Shown: piece after piece, positions 17,148 through 26,075 of the stretch
Layout: each line of letters starts with the position of its first letter
Numbering within the stretch: position 1 is the first letter of the stretch
Source: Deltaproteobacteria bacterium
Lineage (GTDB): Bacteria; Desulfobacterota; Binatia; DP-6
NCBI GenBank assembly: GCA_005879585.1
Contig: VBKG01000337.1
Coordinates: 1 to 52,609 of the forward strand
Reading direction: 5' to 3'
DNA: 52,609 bases
Translations under genes and position numbers: made by a program
Notes under the pieces: generated by a model
Told to the model about the DNA's origin: nothing
Database searches by the model: none
Seen by the model: the letters and a program-made list of their open reading frames with translations, nothing else

Positions 17148-19904
17148 CTACGAGCAGCCGCTCGTCGCACCGCAGTTGAGACACTTGTAACAGGAGCCGT
17201 TGCGGATCATCAGCGACCCGCACTCGGGACAGCTCGGCGCATCCGCCTGCGGGCTGAACGCCACCGGGCCGCGCCCCGGCGCCGCCGCGGGCGCCACCAC
17301 CGGCGTCGTCGCGCTCAGCGACTCGGGACGCTCGGCGAGGCCGATCGCCACGCGCTCGTCAGCGCCGAGGAAGCGCGTGCCGAGGAAGCGGAAGATGTAA
17401 TCGATGAGCGACTTGGCGATCGGGATCTCCGGGTTCTTCGTGAAGCCCGACGGCTCGAAGCGGACGTGGCTGAACTTGGAGGCCAGCACCTCGAGCGGCA
17501 CGCCGTACTGCAACGCCATCGAGGTGAGTACGCCGATCGTGTCCATGAGGCCGGAGATCGTGCTGCCCTCCTTGGCCATCTTGATGAAGATCTCGCCCGG
17601 CGTGCCGTCGTCGTGGAAGCCGACGTGGATGTAGCCCTCGTGGCCGGCGATGTCGAACTTGTGGCAGAGCGCCTGGCGGTTGATCGGCAGCCGACGCCGG
17701 ACCGGCTCCGCCGCGGTGTCGACGGCTTCGGGCTTGCGCACCGCCATCGCCGTCTCGGTCCGCTCGGCGCCCGGCTTCACGGTGTTCAGCGGCTGCGTCT
17801 TCTTGCAGCCGTCGCGATAGACGGCGACCGCCTTGAGACCGAGACGCCACGCCTCGATGTACGCCTGCTCGATGTCCTCGACGGTCGCCTGCTCCGGGAC
17901 GTTGATCGTCTTCGAGATCGCGCCGGAGATGAACGGCTGGACGGCGGCCATCATGCGGATGTGGCCGAGCGGATGGATCGAGCGGCTGCCGCGCGCCGGC
18001 CGGAAGGCACAGTCGAACACCGGAAGGTGCTCGGGGCGGAGCGTCTGGCAGCTCTCGATCGTCTCGTGCTCGTCGATGTGCTCGACGATCTCCTGCACCT
18101 CGCGCGAGTCGTAGCCGAGGCGACGGAGCGCGCGCGGGACCGTCGTGTTGACGATCTTCAGGAGACCGCCCCCGACGAGCTTCTTGTACTTCACGAGCGC
18201 GATGTCGGGCTCGACGCCCGTCGTGTCGCAGTCCATCATGAAGGCGATCGTCCCCGTCGGGGCGAGGACCGTCACCTGCGAGTTTCGCACCCCGTGCGCG
18301 CGCGACTCGGCGAGCGCCGTGTCCCAGACCTCGCGGGCGGCGGCGAGGACGTCGAGCGGCACGAGGGCGGGGTCGAGACGATGGGCGTGCGCGCGGTGCT
18401 TGTCGACGACGCGGAGCTGCGGCTCGCGGTTCCGCGCGAAGCCCTCGTACGGCCCGAGCGCGCCCGCCAGCCGCGTCGACTGCAGGTAGGCCTCGCCGCA
18501 CATGAGCGCGGTGAGCGCGCCCGCGTACTCGCGCCCCGCGTCGGAGTCGTACGGCATGCCGAGCGACATGAGAAGCGCGCCCAGGTTCGCGTAGCCGAGA
18601 CCGAGCTCGCGGTAGGCCTGCGCATTGGCCGCGATCTCCGGCGTCGGATAGCTCGAGCGATCGACGACGATGTCCTGTGCCGTGATCGCGATGTCCACCG
18701 CGTGGCGGAAGCCGGCGACGTCGAAGAGCCCGGCGCCGTCGACGAACTGCATGAGGTTCAAGCTCGCCAGGTTACAGGCGCTGTCGTCGAGGTGCATGTA
18801 CTCCGAGCACGGGTTCGACGCGTTGATCCGCCCGCTGTTCGGGCAGGTGTGCCAGTCGTTGATGGTGGTGTCGAACTGCATCCCGGGATCGCCGCACTGG
18901 TGGGTGGCCTCGGCGATCAGCCGGAGGATGGTCCGCGCCGGCATCGTCTCGGCGACCTCGCCGCTCGTGACGAAGCGCGTGCTCCACGGCCGCCCTTCGA
19001 GCGCCGCCCGCATGAACTCGTCGGTCACGCGCACGGAGTTGTTCGCGTTCTGGAAGAAGATCGAGCCGTACGCCGGCCCGTCGAGCGACCGGTCGTAGCC
19101 GGCGGCGATGAGTGCCCAGGCCTTCCGCTCCTCGTCGGCCTTGCAGCGGATGAACTCGACGACGTCCGGGTGGTCGGCGTTCAGTACCACCATCTTGGCC
19201 GCGCGCCGCGTCTTCCCGCCCGACTTGATGACCCCGGCCGACGCGTCGGCCGCGCGCATGAACGACACGGGGCCCGAGGCCGTCCCGCCGCCGCCGAGGC
19301 GCTCCTTCGACGAGCGCAGCCGCGAGAGGTTCACGCCCGAGCCCGACCCGCCTTTGAAAATGACCCCTTCCCTGCGATACCAGTCGAGGATCGAATCCAT
19401 CGTGTCGTCGACCGACAGGATAAAGCATGCGGAGCACTGCGGCTTCGGCTCGACGCCGACGTTGAACCAGACCGGGCTGTTGAAGGAGAGCTTCTGATGG
19501 AGGAGCAGGTGGGTCAGCTCGTCGGCGAAGGCGCGCGCGTCGTCCGCCGTCGCGAAGTAGCCCTGCTCCGCGCCCCACGAGCCGATCGTGTTCACGACCC
19601 GGCCGACGAGCTGGCGGACGCTCCGCTCGCGCGCGGGGCTGCCGAGCGGGCCGCGGAAGTACTTCGACACGACGACGTTGGTCGCGAGCTGCGACCAGCC
19701 ACGCGGCACCTCGACGTCGCGCTGCTCGAAGACCGTCTCGCCGCCCTCGCCCTGGATGACGGCGGCGCGCACCTCCCACTCGACCTCGTCGAAAGGGTTC
19801 GCGCCGGCGGTCGTGAATCGCCGTGCGATCCTGACGCCGTGCCGGGCCGAACCCGCCTCCGCCCCAGACCCCTGCACCACGTCGCCTGCCGGCTCCTGCG
19901 CCAT
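17148..19904 (-). CDS. nrdJ: Vitamin B12-dependent (class II) ribonucleotide reductase
   Basis: QCSACFI, SNPCSE, SACNLASLN, APTGTI, GAISKTIN, C-terminal CPEC...CLNCGATSGCS; SD GGGAGG before ATG 19904. Confidence 0.95.
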   Translation of the reverse strand: MAQEPAGDVVQGSGAEAGSARHGVRIARRFTTAGANPFDEVEWEVRAAVIQGEGGETVFEQRDVEVPRGWSQLATNVVVSKYFRGPLGSPARERSVRQLVGRVVNTIGSWGAEQGYFATADDARAFADELTHLLLHQKLSFNSPVWFNVGVEPKPQCSACFILSVDDTMDSILDWYRREGVIFKGGSGSGVNLSRLRSSKERLGGGGTASGPVSFMRAADASAGVIKSGGKTRRAAKMVVLNADHPDVVEFIRCKADEERKAWALIAAGYDRSLDGPAYGSIFFQNANNSVRVTDEFMRAALEGRPWSTRFVTSGEVAETMPARTILRLIAEATHQCGDPGMQFDTTINDWHTCPNSGRINASNPCSEYMHLDDSACNLASLNLMQFVDGAGLFDVAGFRHAVDIAITAQDIVVDRSSYPTPEIAANAQAYRELGLGYANLGALLMSLGMPYDSDAGREYAGALTALMCGEAYLQSTRLAGALGPYEGFARNREPQLRVVDKHRAHAHRLDPALVPLDVLAAAREVWDTALAESRAHGVRNSQVTVLAPTGTIAFMMDCDTTGVEPDIALVKYKKLVGGGLLKIVNTTVPRALRRLGYDSREVQEIVEHIDEHETIESCQTLRPEHLPVFDCAFRPARGSRSIHPLGHIRMMAAVQPFISGAISKTINVPEQATVEDIEQAYIEAWRLGLKAVAVYRDGCKKTQPLNTVKPGAERTETAMAVRKPEAVDTAAEPVRRRLPINRQALCHKFDIAGHEGYIHVGFHDDGTPGEIFIKMAKEGSTISGLMDTIGVLTSMALQYGVPLEVLASKFSHVRFEPSGFTKNPEIPIAKSLIDYIFRFLGTRFLGADERVAIGLAERPESLSATTPVVAPAAAPGRGPVAFSPQADAPSCPECGSLMIRNGSCYKCLNCGATSGCS

Positions 19905-19942
19905 CACGCCCCTCCCAGGAATGGTATGGCGAGCCGCATACA

Positions 19943-19958
19943 CCACCACATATTGTGT
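19943..19958 (-). promoter_or_regulatory. NrdR box in the nrdJ promoter spacer
   Basis: ACACAATATGTGGTGG matches the NrdR consensus acaCwAtATaTwGtg, directly after a TTGACA -35 (19959-19964). Confidence 0.8.
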
Positions 19959-19993
19959 TGTCAAGGGATTTTTTGCAATGGCGGGTCGACGTG

Positions 19994-20308
19994 ATGCGAC
20001 GCCGCGTCGCGCACGATCCGACCCGCCTCGGCGACGTGCTCCGCCGCGTGCTGGCAGAGCTGCCGGCCGGCGCCGGACTCGAGGACTGGGCCGTGTGGAG
20101 CGAATGGGACGCGGCGGTCGGTCCGACGCTCGCGCGCCATGTGCGGCCGCGGCGGCTCGTGCGCGGCGTCCTCGTCGTCGTGGTCGACAGCTCGGAGTGG
20201 ATGCAGGAGCTCCAGTTCCTGAAGCACGATCTCCGCACGCGGCTGAATGCGCGCCTCGGCCGCGAGGCGATCCAGCGCATCTTCGTCGTGCTAGCGACCA
20301 ACGACTGA
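19994..20308 (+). CDS. dciA: DUF721 / DciA replicative helicase loader-like protein
   Basis: WDAAVG.TLARH..P, GVLVVVVDSSEWMQELQF, LNARLG pattern. Confidence 0.75.
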   Translation: MRRRVAHDPTRLGDVLRRVLAELPAGAGLEDWAVWSEWDAAVGPTLARHVRPRRLVRGVLVVVVDSSEWMQELQFLKHDLRTRLNARLGREAIQRIFVVLATND

Positions 20309-21520
20309 GCGCGCCGCCGGCGCCGCTGCGTCCTCGCCGTCGCGTAGCCGCACCCGCTCGGTCGCGGCCACCCCGAGCGCGACCAGCGCCGGCACGTCCA
20401 CCCGCCGCTCCGCCGCCTCCACGTCCTCCGGATGCGCCCGCGTCGCGGGATGCGGCGGCACGAAGAGCTGGCAGCAGTCCTGGTCGGGAATGATGGAGGT
20501 CTCGAACGTCCCGAGACGGGCAGCCTGATCGGAGATCTCCCCCTTGTCCATGCCGATCAGCGGGCGGAGCACCGGCAGCGTCGCCGCCGCCTCGATCACC
20601 GCGAGGTTCGGGAGCGTCTGCGACGCGACCTGCCCGAGGCTCTCACCGGTCACCAGCGCCTCCGCGCCCGTCGCGCGCGCGATCGCCTCGGCGATGCGGA
20701 ACATCATCCGCCGGTAGAGAACGACGCGCAGCGGACGCCCGATCGCCGCGACGATCTGGCGCTGCACCTCGCCGAAGGCGACGAGGTGCAGGACGGCCTC
20801 GTGCTCCCAGCGGACGAGCTCGGCAGCGATGCGCTGCGCCTTCTCCTGGCTCGTCCGATCGTGGAACGGCGCACTGTGGAAGTGGACGAAATCGACGGCG
20901 CATCCCCGCCGCATCATGCGCCAGGCGGCGACGGGCGAATCGATCCCCCCGGAAAGCAGCGCGAGCACGCGACCGCTCGTGCCGACCGGCAGGCCGCCCG
21001 CGCCCGCCACCTTCTCGAGCGCGAAGAACGCGCGTCCCGGCAGGATGTCGACGGCGACCGTGAGAGCGGCATGGTCGAGGTCGACCCGTGCGCGCGTCGC
21101 CTCCTGGATCGTGCGTCCGAGCCGCCGGTTCACCTCCGGCGACGGCAGCGGGAAGCGCTTGTCGGCGCGCTTGGTCAGCACCCGGAAGCTCGACATGGAG
21201 ACGGCCGAAAGCCGCACGAGGATCGCCGCGCCGAGACGGTCGAGGGCGGCGTCCGGCTCCCCGTCGAGCGCCACCTCGTGCGCGAGCGAGAAGTTGGCGA
21301 GCCCGAAGACGCGCGCGAGCCGCCCCCGCGTCTCCGGCCACGCGGCGAGGTCGTCGAGCGGCAACAGGAGGCGCGCCGAGGCGCGTGCGAGCGCGCCGAC
21401 GGGCAGCCCGGCGGTGGCGCGCCGCACGTTGTCGCTCAGGCGGCGCACGAAGAACGGCCGGTTGCGTCCCTTGAGCGCGATCTCGTGATAGCGGAGCACG
21501 ATCACGTGCGCGGCGCCCAT
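20291..21520 (-). CDS. thiI: tRNA 4-thiouridine synthase ThiI (THUMP plus PP-loop, no rhodanese domain)
   Basis: EIALKGRNR, LLSGGIDSPVA, GESLGQVASQT, DCC; SD GGAGGGAG. Confidence 0.93.
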   Translation of the reverse strand: MGAAHVIVLRYHEIALKGRNRPFFVRRLSDNVRRATAGLPVGALARASARLLLPLDDLAAWPETRGRLARVFGLANFSLAHEVALDGEPDAALDRLGAAILVRLSAVSMSSFRVLTKRADKRFPLPSPEVNRRLGRTIQEATRARVDLDHAALTVAVDILPGRAFFALEKVAGAGGLPVGTSGRVLALLSGGIDSPVAAWRMMRRGCAVDFVHFHSAPFHDRTSQEKAQRIAAELVRWEHEAVLHLVAFGEVQRQIVAAIGRPLRVVLYRRMMFRIAEAIARATGAEALVTGESLGQVASQTLPNLAVIEAAATLPVLRPLIGMDKGEISDQAARLGTFETSIIPDQDCCQLFVPPHPATRAHPEDVEAAERRVDVPALVALGVAATERVRLRDGEDAAAPAARSVVGR

Positions 21521-21539
21521 TAGCTCCCTCCTACCACAG

Positions 21540-22139
21540 ATGCTACTCTCGACGGATCCACGCATGACGGCACATCTCGCTGACGCGCTCGCGCCGCTCC
21601 TCGCCGCGCGCGAGCGCGCCGTGCTCGTGCGGCCGGGGAAGACGCCCGCGGCCGTGCTGGTACCGCTGCTCGCGATCGACGGGGAGCCGCACCTGCTCTT
21701 CACGCGGCGCGCACGCGGGCTGCGCCACCACGAGGGGCAGGTCGCGTTTCCCGGCGGCTGCCGCCATCCCGGCGACGTCGATCTCGTGGCGACGGCGCTG
21801 CGCGAGGCGCAGGAGGAGATCGGCCTCGATCCGGCCGACGTCCGCCTCCTCGGACCGCTCGACGACATCGAGACGATGGCGACCGAGTTCGTGATCACCC
21901 CGTACGTCGGCCTCGTCCCCCATCCGTACGGGTGGACGCTCTGTCGCGACGAGGTCGACGTCGTGTTCACGGTGCCGCTCCGTCTGCTCGACACCCCCGA
22001 GGCCGAGCGGCGCGAGCTCTGGGATTTCGAGGGCCAGCAGGTCCCGATCGAGTACTATCCGGTCGGTGAGCACGTGATCTGGGGCGCCACCCACCGGATC
22101 ACGCGCAATCTGCTCGCCGTGCTCCGGACGATCGCCTGA
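21540..22139 (+). CDS. Nudix hydrolase, CoA pyrophosphatase type (start may be 21564)
   Basis: AAVLVPL, GQVAFPGG...TALREAQEEIG, IWGAT. Confidence 0.88.
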   Translation: MLLSTDPRMTAHLADALAPLLAARERAVLVRPGKTPAAVLVPLLAIDGEPHLLFTRRARGLRHHEGQVAFPGGCRHPGDVDLVATALREAQEEIGLDPADVRLLGPLDDIETMATEFVITPYVGLVPHPYGWTLCRDEVDVVFTVPLRLLDTPEAERRELWDFEGQQVPIEYYPVGEHVIWGATHRITRNLLAVLRTIA

Positions 22140-23491
22140 TGCGCCGATTGCTGGCGATCATCCTCCTCTTCGGGGGCGCTGCGCTCCTCCTCACCCGCGC
22201 CGAGCCGCTCGCTCCGACCGTGGTCCTCGAGACACCGGTCGACGTCGTCGGCCGCGCGACAGCCCTGGTCGTCGTGGCGCGCGATCGCGGTACCGGGCTC
22301 GCGCACGTCGAGGTGCGGCTCGTGTCGGGCACCGAGGGCGCGCCCGCGGTCGTGGCGCGTGAGGACTTCCCGCGCCGCTCGTGGCTCGGGAGCGGCGTCC
22401 ACGAGGTGCGCCTGACGCCCACCGTCGATGCCGCCGCCGCGCATCTCGTCGAAGGGCCCGCGCGCCTCGAGATCGTCGCGACGGACCACTCCTGGCTCGC
22501 CGCGCTCCGACGGGCGCCGCGGCTCTCGCGACCGGTCACGATCGACCTGACGCCGCCCACGCTCGAAGTGCTCTCGCAGCAGCACGTCGTCCGGCTCGGC
22601 GGCGCCGAATGTGCCGTCTACCGGGTGGGCGCCGATGCGGTGACGAGCGGCATCACGGTGGGCGAGACGACCTTCCCCGGCGTCGCCGGGCTCTTCGCCG
22701 ACGGCGCGCTCCGCGCCGCGCTGTTCGCCGTCCCGCCCGGCACGCCGGCCGGCACGGCGGCCATCGCGGTCGCAGCCGACCAGGCCGGGAACCGCCGTAC
22801 GGTCTGGCTCGATGCGGTGGTGCATCCCCGGCGCTTCGCCGAGAAGTCGCTCGAGCTGAGCGACGATTTTCTGAGCCGCAAGGTCCCCGAGCTCCTCCAG
22901 GCGAACGGCCTCGCCGGCGACGGCGATCTCGTGGCCGGCTACCTCCGCGTCAACCGCGAGCTGCGCGTCGCGACCGAGAAGCGGCTGCGGGATCTCTGCC
23001 GCGACAGCGCGCCGGAGCCCTTGTGGGAGGGCGCCTTTCTCCGGCAGCCCGGGTCGGAGCCGCTCTCCGGCTTCGCCGACCACCGCACCTATCTCTACCG
23101 CGGCCAGCCGATCGACCACCAGACGCATCTCGGCTTCGACCTGGCCTCGCTGCGCGGCAGTCCCGTGCCCGCCGGCAACAACGGTCGCGTCGTGTTCGCC
23201 GCGCCGCTCGGCATCTACGGGAACACGGTCGTCCTCGACCACGGCTTCGGGCTCTTCTCGCTCTACGGCCATCTGAGCGAGATCGCGGCGACCGTCGGGG
23301 CCACGGTCAAGCGCGGCGACATCATCGGCAAGACGGGCGACACCGGCCTCGCGGCCGGCGACCATCTCCACTTCAGCATCATGATCCACGGCGTCCACGT
23401 CGACCCGGTCGAGTGGTGGGACGCGCACTGGATCCACGACCACGTCGAGTCCCGTCTCGCGGCCTTCCCGCGGGCGGGAGCCGCCCATTGA
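22139..23491 (+). CDS. M23 family metallopeptidase
   Basis: N-terminal TM/signal; HLGFD, YGNTVVLDHG, YGHL, GDHLHF. Confidence 0.9.
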   Translation: MRRLLAIILLFGGAALLLTRAEPLAPTVVLETPVDVVGRATALVVVARDRGTGLAHVEVRLVSGTEGAPAVVAREDFPRRSWLGSGVHEVRLTPTVDAAAAHLVEGPARLEIVATDHSWLAALRRAPRLSRPVTIDLTPPTLEVLSQQHVVRLGGAECAVYRVGADAVTSGITVGETTFPGVAGLFADGALRAALFAVPPGTPAGTAAIAVAADQAGNRRTVWLDAVVHPRRFAEKSLELSDDFLSRKVPELLQANGLAGDGDLVAGYLRVNRELRVATEKRLRDLCRDSAPEPLWEGAFLRQPGSEPLSGFADHRTYLYRGQPIDHQTHLGFDLASLRGSPVPAGNNGRVVFAAPLGIYGNTVVLDHGFGLFSLYGHLSEIAATVGATVKRGDIIGKTGDTGLAAGDHLHFSIMIHGVHVDPVEWWDAHWIHDHVESRLAAFPRAGAAH

Positions 23492-24654
23492 CGGCGCGGC
23501 ACGCGCCCGGCACCGAGACGCTGGCGCGGCTCGGGCTCGACGCCGCGGAGCTGGCGGCCGGCCGGGCCTCCGACGACGAGGTGCTCGCGCTGCTCGCCGG
23601 TCCGGACGGCGTCGCGCTGGCCGACGCCCTCGGCGAGCTGCCCCACCCCGCCGTCGCGATGCTGCTCGCCCGGCTCGAGGGACGGGTGGCAGAGAAGGCC
23701 GTCCGGAAGGCCATCCGCCGCACGCTCTATCGTCTGTCGCAGCGTGGCGTCGCGCGACCCGCGCCGGCGGCAGAGCCCGAGCGGCCGCGCGTCGCGGCAC
23801 CCGAGGTGGAAGGACTCGTGTCCGCCTTCGATGGCCGCGGCGACCGCATCCTCTGGCTGCTCCGCCCGCTCACGGGCGGCACGCTGCTGGTCGCCGCGCA
23901 GCTGAACGAGCCGGGCGGGCTCCGCGACCTGCAGGTCGTCGACGCCGGCCGAAAGCAGCTCCGCGCCGCACGCGAGCGGCTCGAGAGCGAGAATCTGCGA
24001 CTCGTCCCCGCGCGCTGGGCTGTGCTCGATGCGCTGCTCGTGGAGGCCCAGGAGCGAGCCGGGACGCCCCAGCCGGGGCACGACTACCTCCGCGTGCGTC
24101 CGCAGTTCACGACCGAACCCGCGGCGCCGCCCGCCGAGCCGGTGTCGCCGCACGCGCGTCCGCCGGCCAACGTCGACGAAGCCTCCGCGCTCGCCGCGGG
24201 CTCCGTCGAGCTCGTCGAGCAGCGGGAGTTCCGGGGCTGGGGACCCGACCCCGAGGCCGCAACGCCGTACGCCGACGACGCGGAATCGATCCGGCGGAGC
24301 CCGATCGTGCTGACCGAGTTCCAGCAGGAGGAGCGCCTGCGCGAGGTCCTGGCGCGCGCCACCGCGGCGCTCTATCCACCCGCCGTCCTCGCGCGACGGC
24401 TCGAAGGCACTGCCTACGTCCTCGCCGAGACGGGGCGCCCCGCGGCAGCGCGGCTCGCGCTGGCCGTCGCCACGCTGCTCCGCGACGCGCCCCAGCGCGC
24501 CCACGAGATCCCGTTCGTCGCCGCGCTCGTCGGCGCGGGGATCCCCGGCCTGTTCGCCCGTTCCGAGGCGCCGCGCGAGGGCGCACTCGTCCTCACCCCG
24601 GAGGAGGTCCTCAAAGCTCGACGATCATCCCGTCCCGGGCACACTCGAGGGTGA
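23488..24654 (+). CDS. Hypothetical helical protein
   Basis: TTG start overlapping the M23 stop with SD GGGAG; C-terminal part of ORF 22381..24654 with normal codon usage. Confidence 0.7.
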   Translation: MTARHAPGTETLARLGLDAAELAAGRASDDEVLALLAGPDGVALADALGELPHPAVAMLLARLEGRVAEKAVRKAIRRTLYRLSQRGVARPAPAAEPERPRVAAPEVEGLVSAFDGRGDRILWLLRPLTGGTLLVAAQLNEPGGLRDLQVVDAGRKQLRAARERLESENLRLVPARWAVLDALLVEAQERAGTPQPGHDYLRVRPQFTTEPAAPPAEPVSPHARPPANVDEASALAAGSVELVEQREFRGWGPDPEAATPYADDAESIRRSPIVLTEFQQEERLREVLARATAALYPPAVLARRLEGTAYVLAETGRPAAARLALAVATLLRDAPQRAHEIPFVAALVGAGIPGLFARSEAPREGALVLTPEEVLKARRSSRPGHTRG

Positions 24655-25372
24655 TGTCCGAGAGGTGGCGCAGCGGCTCCGCGCCGAGGTGAGACAGCAG
24701 GAGCCGCTTGCACCCGAGATCGCGCGCGCGGGCGGCGATCTCCGGGTACGCGACGTGAATGTCGAGGCGGGTTTCGTACGTCGAGCATTCGCAGATGAAG
24801 AGGTCGGCACCGCGCGAGCGCGCGATGAAGTCCTCCGTCCACGCGGAGTCGCCCGAGTAGAGGATCGAGCGGCCGTCGATCTCGATCCGGTAGCCGAGGG
24901 CGACGAGCTCGGGCGTGTGCGGCACGCAGAAGGCGCTCACCCGGACGCCGCCGATGTCGCGCGTCGTCCCCGGCTCGAGCTGCTCGAAGCGAACGGGAAA
25001 CGGCGTGGGCATCTGCGCGTTCTTCTCGTAGAGGGCGGCGAAGAGCGCGTGGACGCGACGCTCGGTACCGAGTGGGCCATATACGCCGAGGGGACGACGT
25101 CGCGGCCGCTCGTAGATGTACTCCATGAAGAGGAACGGGATGCCGCCGAAATGGTCGCCGTGCAGATGCGACACGAGCACGAAGTCGATGCGGCCGGTGT
25201 CGTGCTGTCCGGATTTCAAAGATTGGAGGATCGTCGGACCGCAATCGATCAGGAAGGTCACGCCTGCGCTCTCGACCATGTAGGCGCTGTGCAGGCGTCC
25301 GCCCGAGCCGAAGGCGTCGCCCGAGCCGAGCACCGTCACGCGGACCAACGCCGTCCTCTTTCCGGCCCGCAC
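24611..25372 (-). CDS. MBL-fold metallo-hydrolase (RNase Z/BN-like; start may be about 25348)
   Basis: VLGSGDAF, IDCG, SHLHGDHFGG, YSGDS, LSHL. Confidence 0.88.
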   Translation of the reverse strand: MRAGKRTALVRVTVLGSGDAFGSGGRLHSAYMVESAGVTFLIDCGPTILQSLKSGQHDTGRIDFVLVSHLHGDHFGGIPFLFMEYIYERPRRRPLGVYGPLGTERRVHALFAALYEKNAQMPTPFPVRFEQLEPGTTRDIGGVRVSAFCVPHTPELVALGYRIEIDGRSILYSGDSAWTEDFIARSRGADLFICECSTYETRLDIHVAYPEIAARARDLGCKRLLLSHLGAEPLRHLSDITLECARDGMIVEL

Positions 25373-25443
25373 AGCCGTGAACGTCGCGTCACGTCGGCGC
25401 CGGCGCTAGCTCGTCGTCGGCGGGACATCGAGAGGTATCGTGC

Positions 25444-25459
25444 TGGCATGTCCCTTGCT
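25444..25459 (+). promoter_or_regulatory. sigma54 promoter of a small membrane protein gene
   Basis: TGGCATGTCCCTTGCT, exact GG-N10-GC spacing, 13 nt before ATG 25473. Confidence 0.7.
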
Positions 25460-25472
25460 CTCCCTATCATTA

Positions 25473-25772
25473 ATGCGGCCGGACCCGGAACTCCTCCGCG
25501 AGGGCACCCGGCTGGCTCACCTGGTGCTCCTGTCGGCGGCGGCCGGGCTGACCGCGGAACGCTTGCTGCGCCCGGGGCTCGCGGTTCGCGGCCTCGCGCT
25601 GCTCGTCGGCCTCGGCGGCTTCTATGCCGGGAGCTGGCTCTGGGCGCTGGCGGACTGGTCGCCCGGTCCCGCGCTCCTCGGGCAGCCGCTGCTGCCGCCG
25701 ATCGTCGGCGCGCTCGGGGTCTGCCTGCTCGTCAAGCTCGCCGCGATCGGCGCCGCCGGCCCGCGCTGGTAG
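25473..25772 (+). CDS. Small three-TM membrane protein (GlsB/YeaQ/YmgE-like composition)
   Basis: Three Gly/Ala/Leu-rich hydrophobic segments ending ...PPIVGALGVCLLVKL. Confidence 0.65.
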   Translation: MRPDPELLREGTRLAHLVLLSAAAGLTAERLLRPGLAVRGLALLVGLGGFYAGSWLWALADWSPGPALLGQPLLPPIVGALGVCLLVKLAAIGAAGPRW

Positions 25773-25775
25773 CCG

Positions 25776-26075
25776 TCACGGCGTGGCGCCGGGCCGCCGC
25801 CGCTCGTCGAGCTCGCGCTGCAGATCGTGGAACCGCCGCTCGAGATCGGTGAACGACCCTTCCATGCGCCCGGCGCGCGCCACCACGTCCTCGAGCTGGC
25901 GGCCGAGCTGGTCGCGCTGCTGCTCCATGTCGTGCAGCCGCCGCTCGAGGTCCTGCACCGGCTCGGTCGCACGCAGGATCGCGACGCCTGCGCCCGACTG
26001 GAGCATCCACACCGTCGTGCCGACCCCGAGGATGAACCCGAGCAGGAGCGCGAACAGCACACGCACGATCGTCAT
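25776..26075 (-). CDS. Hypothetical protein, N-terminal TM plus coiled coil
   Basis: ATGA overlap with the GDH stop; MTIVRVLFALLLGFILGVG followed by the heptad-rich LERRLHDMEQQRDQL. Confidence 0.75.
   Translation of the reverse strand: MTIVRVLFALLLGFILGVGTTVWMLQSGAGVAILRATEPVQDLERRLHDMEQQRDQLGRQLEDVVARAGRMEGSFTDLERRFHDLQRELDERRRPGATP

Noticed and set aside
19905-19993. Cobalamin riboswitch before nrdJ
   Set aside because: The region is too short and is explained by a promoter plus NrdR box.
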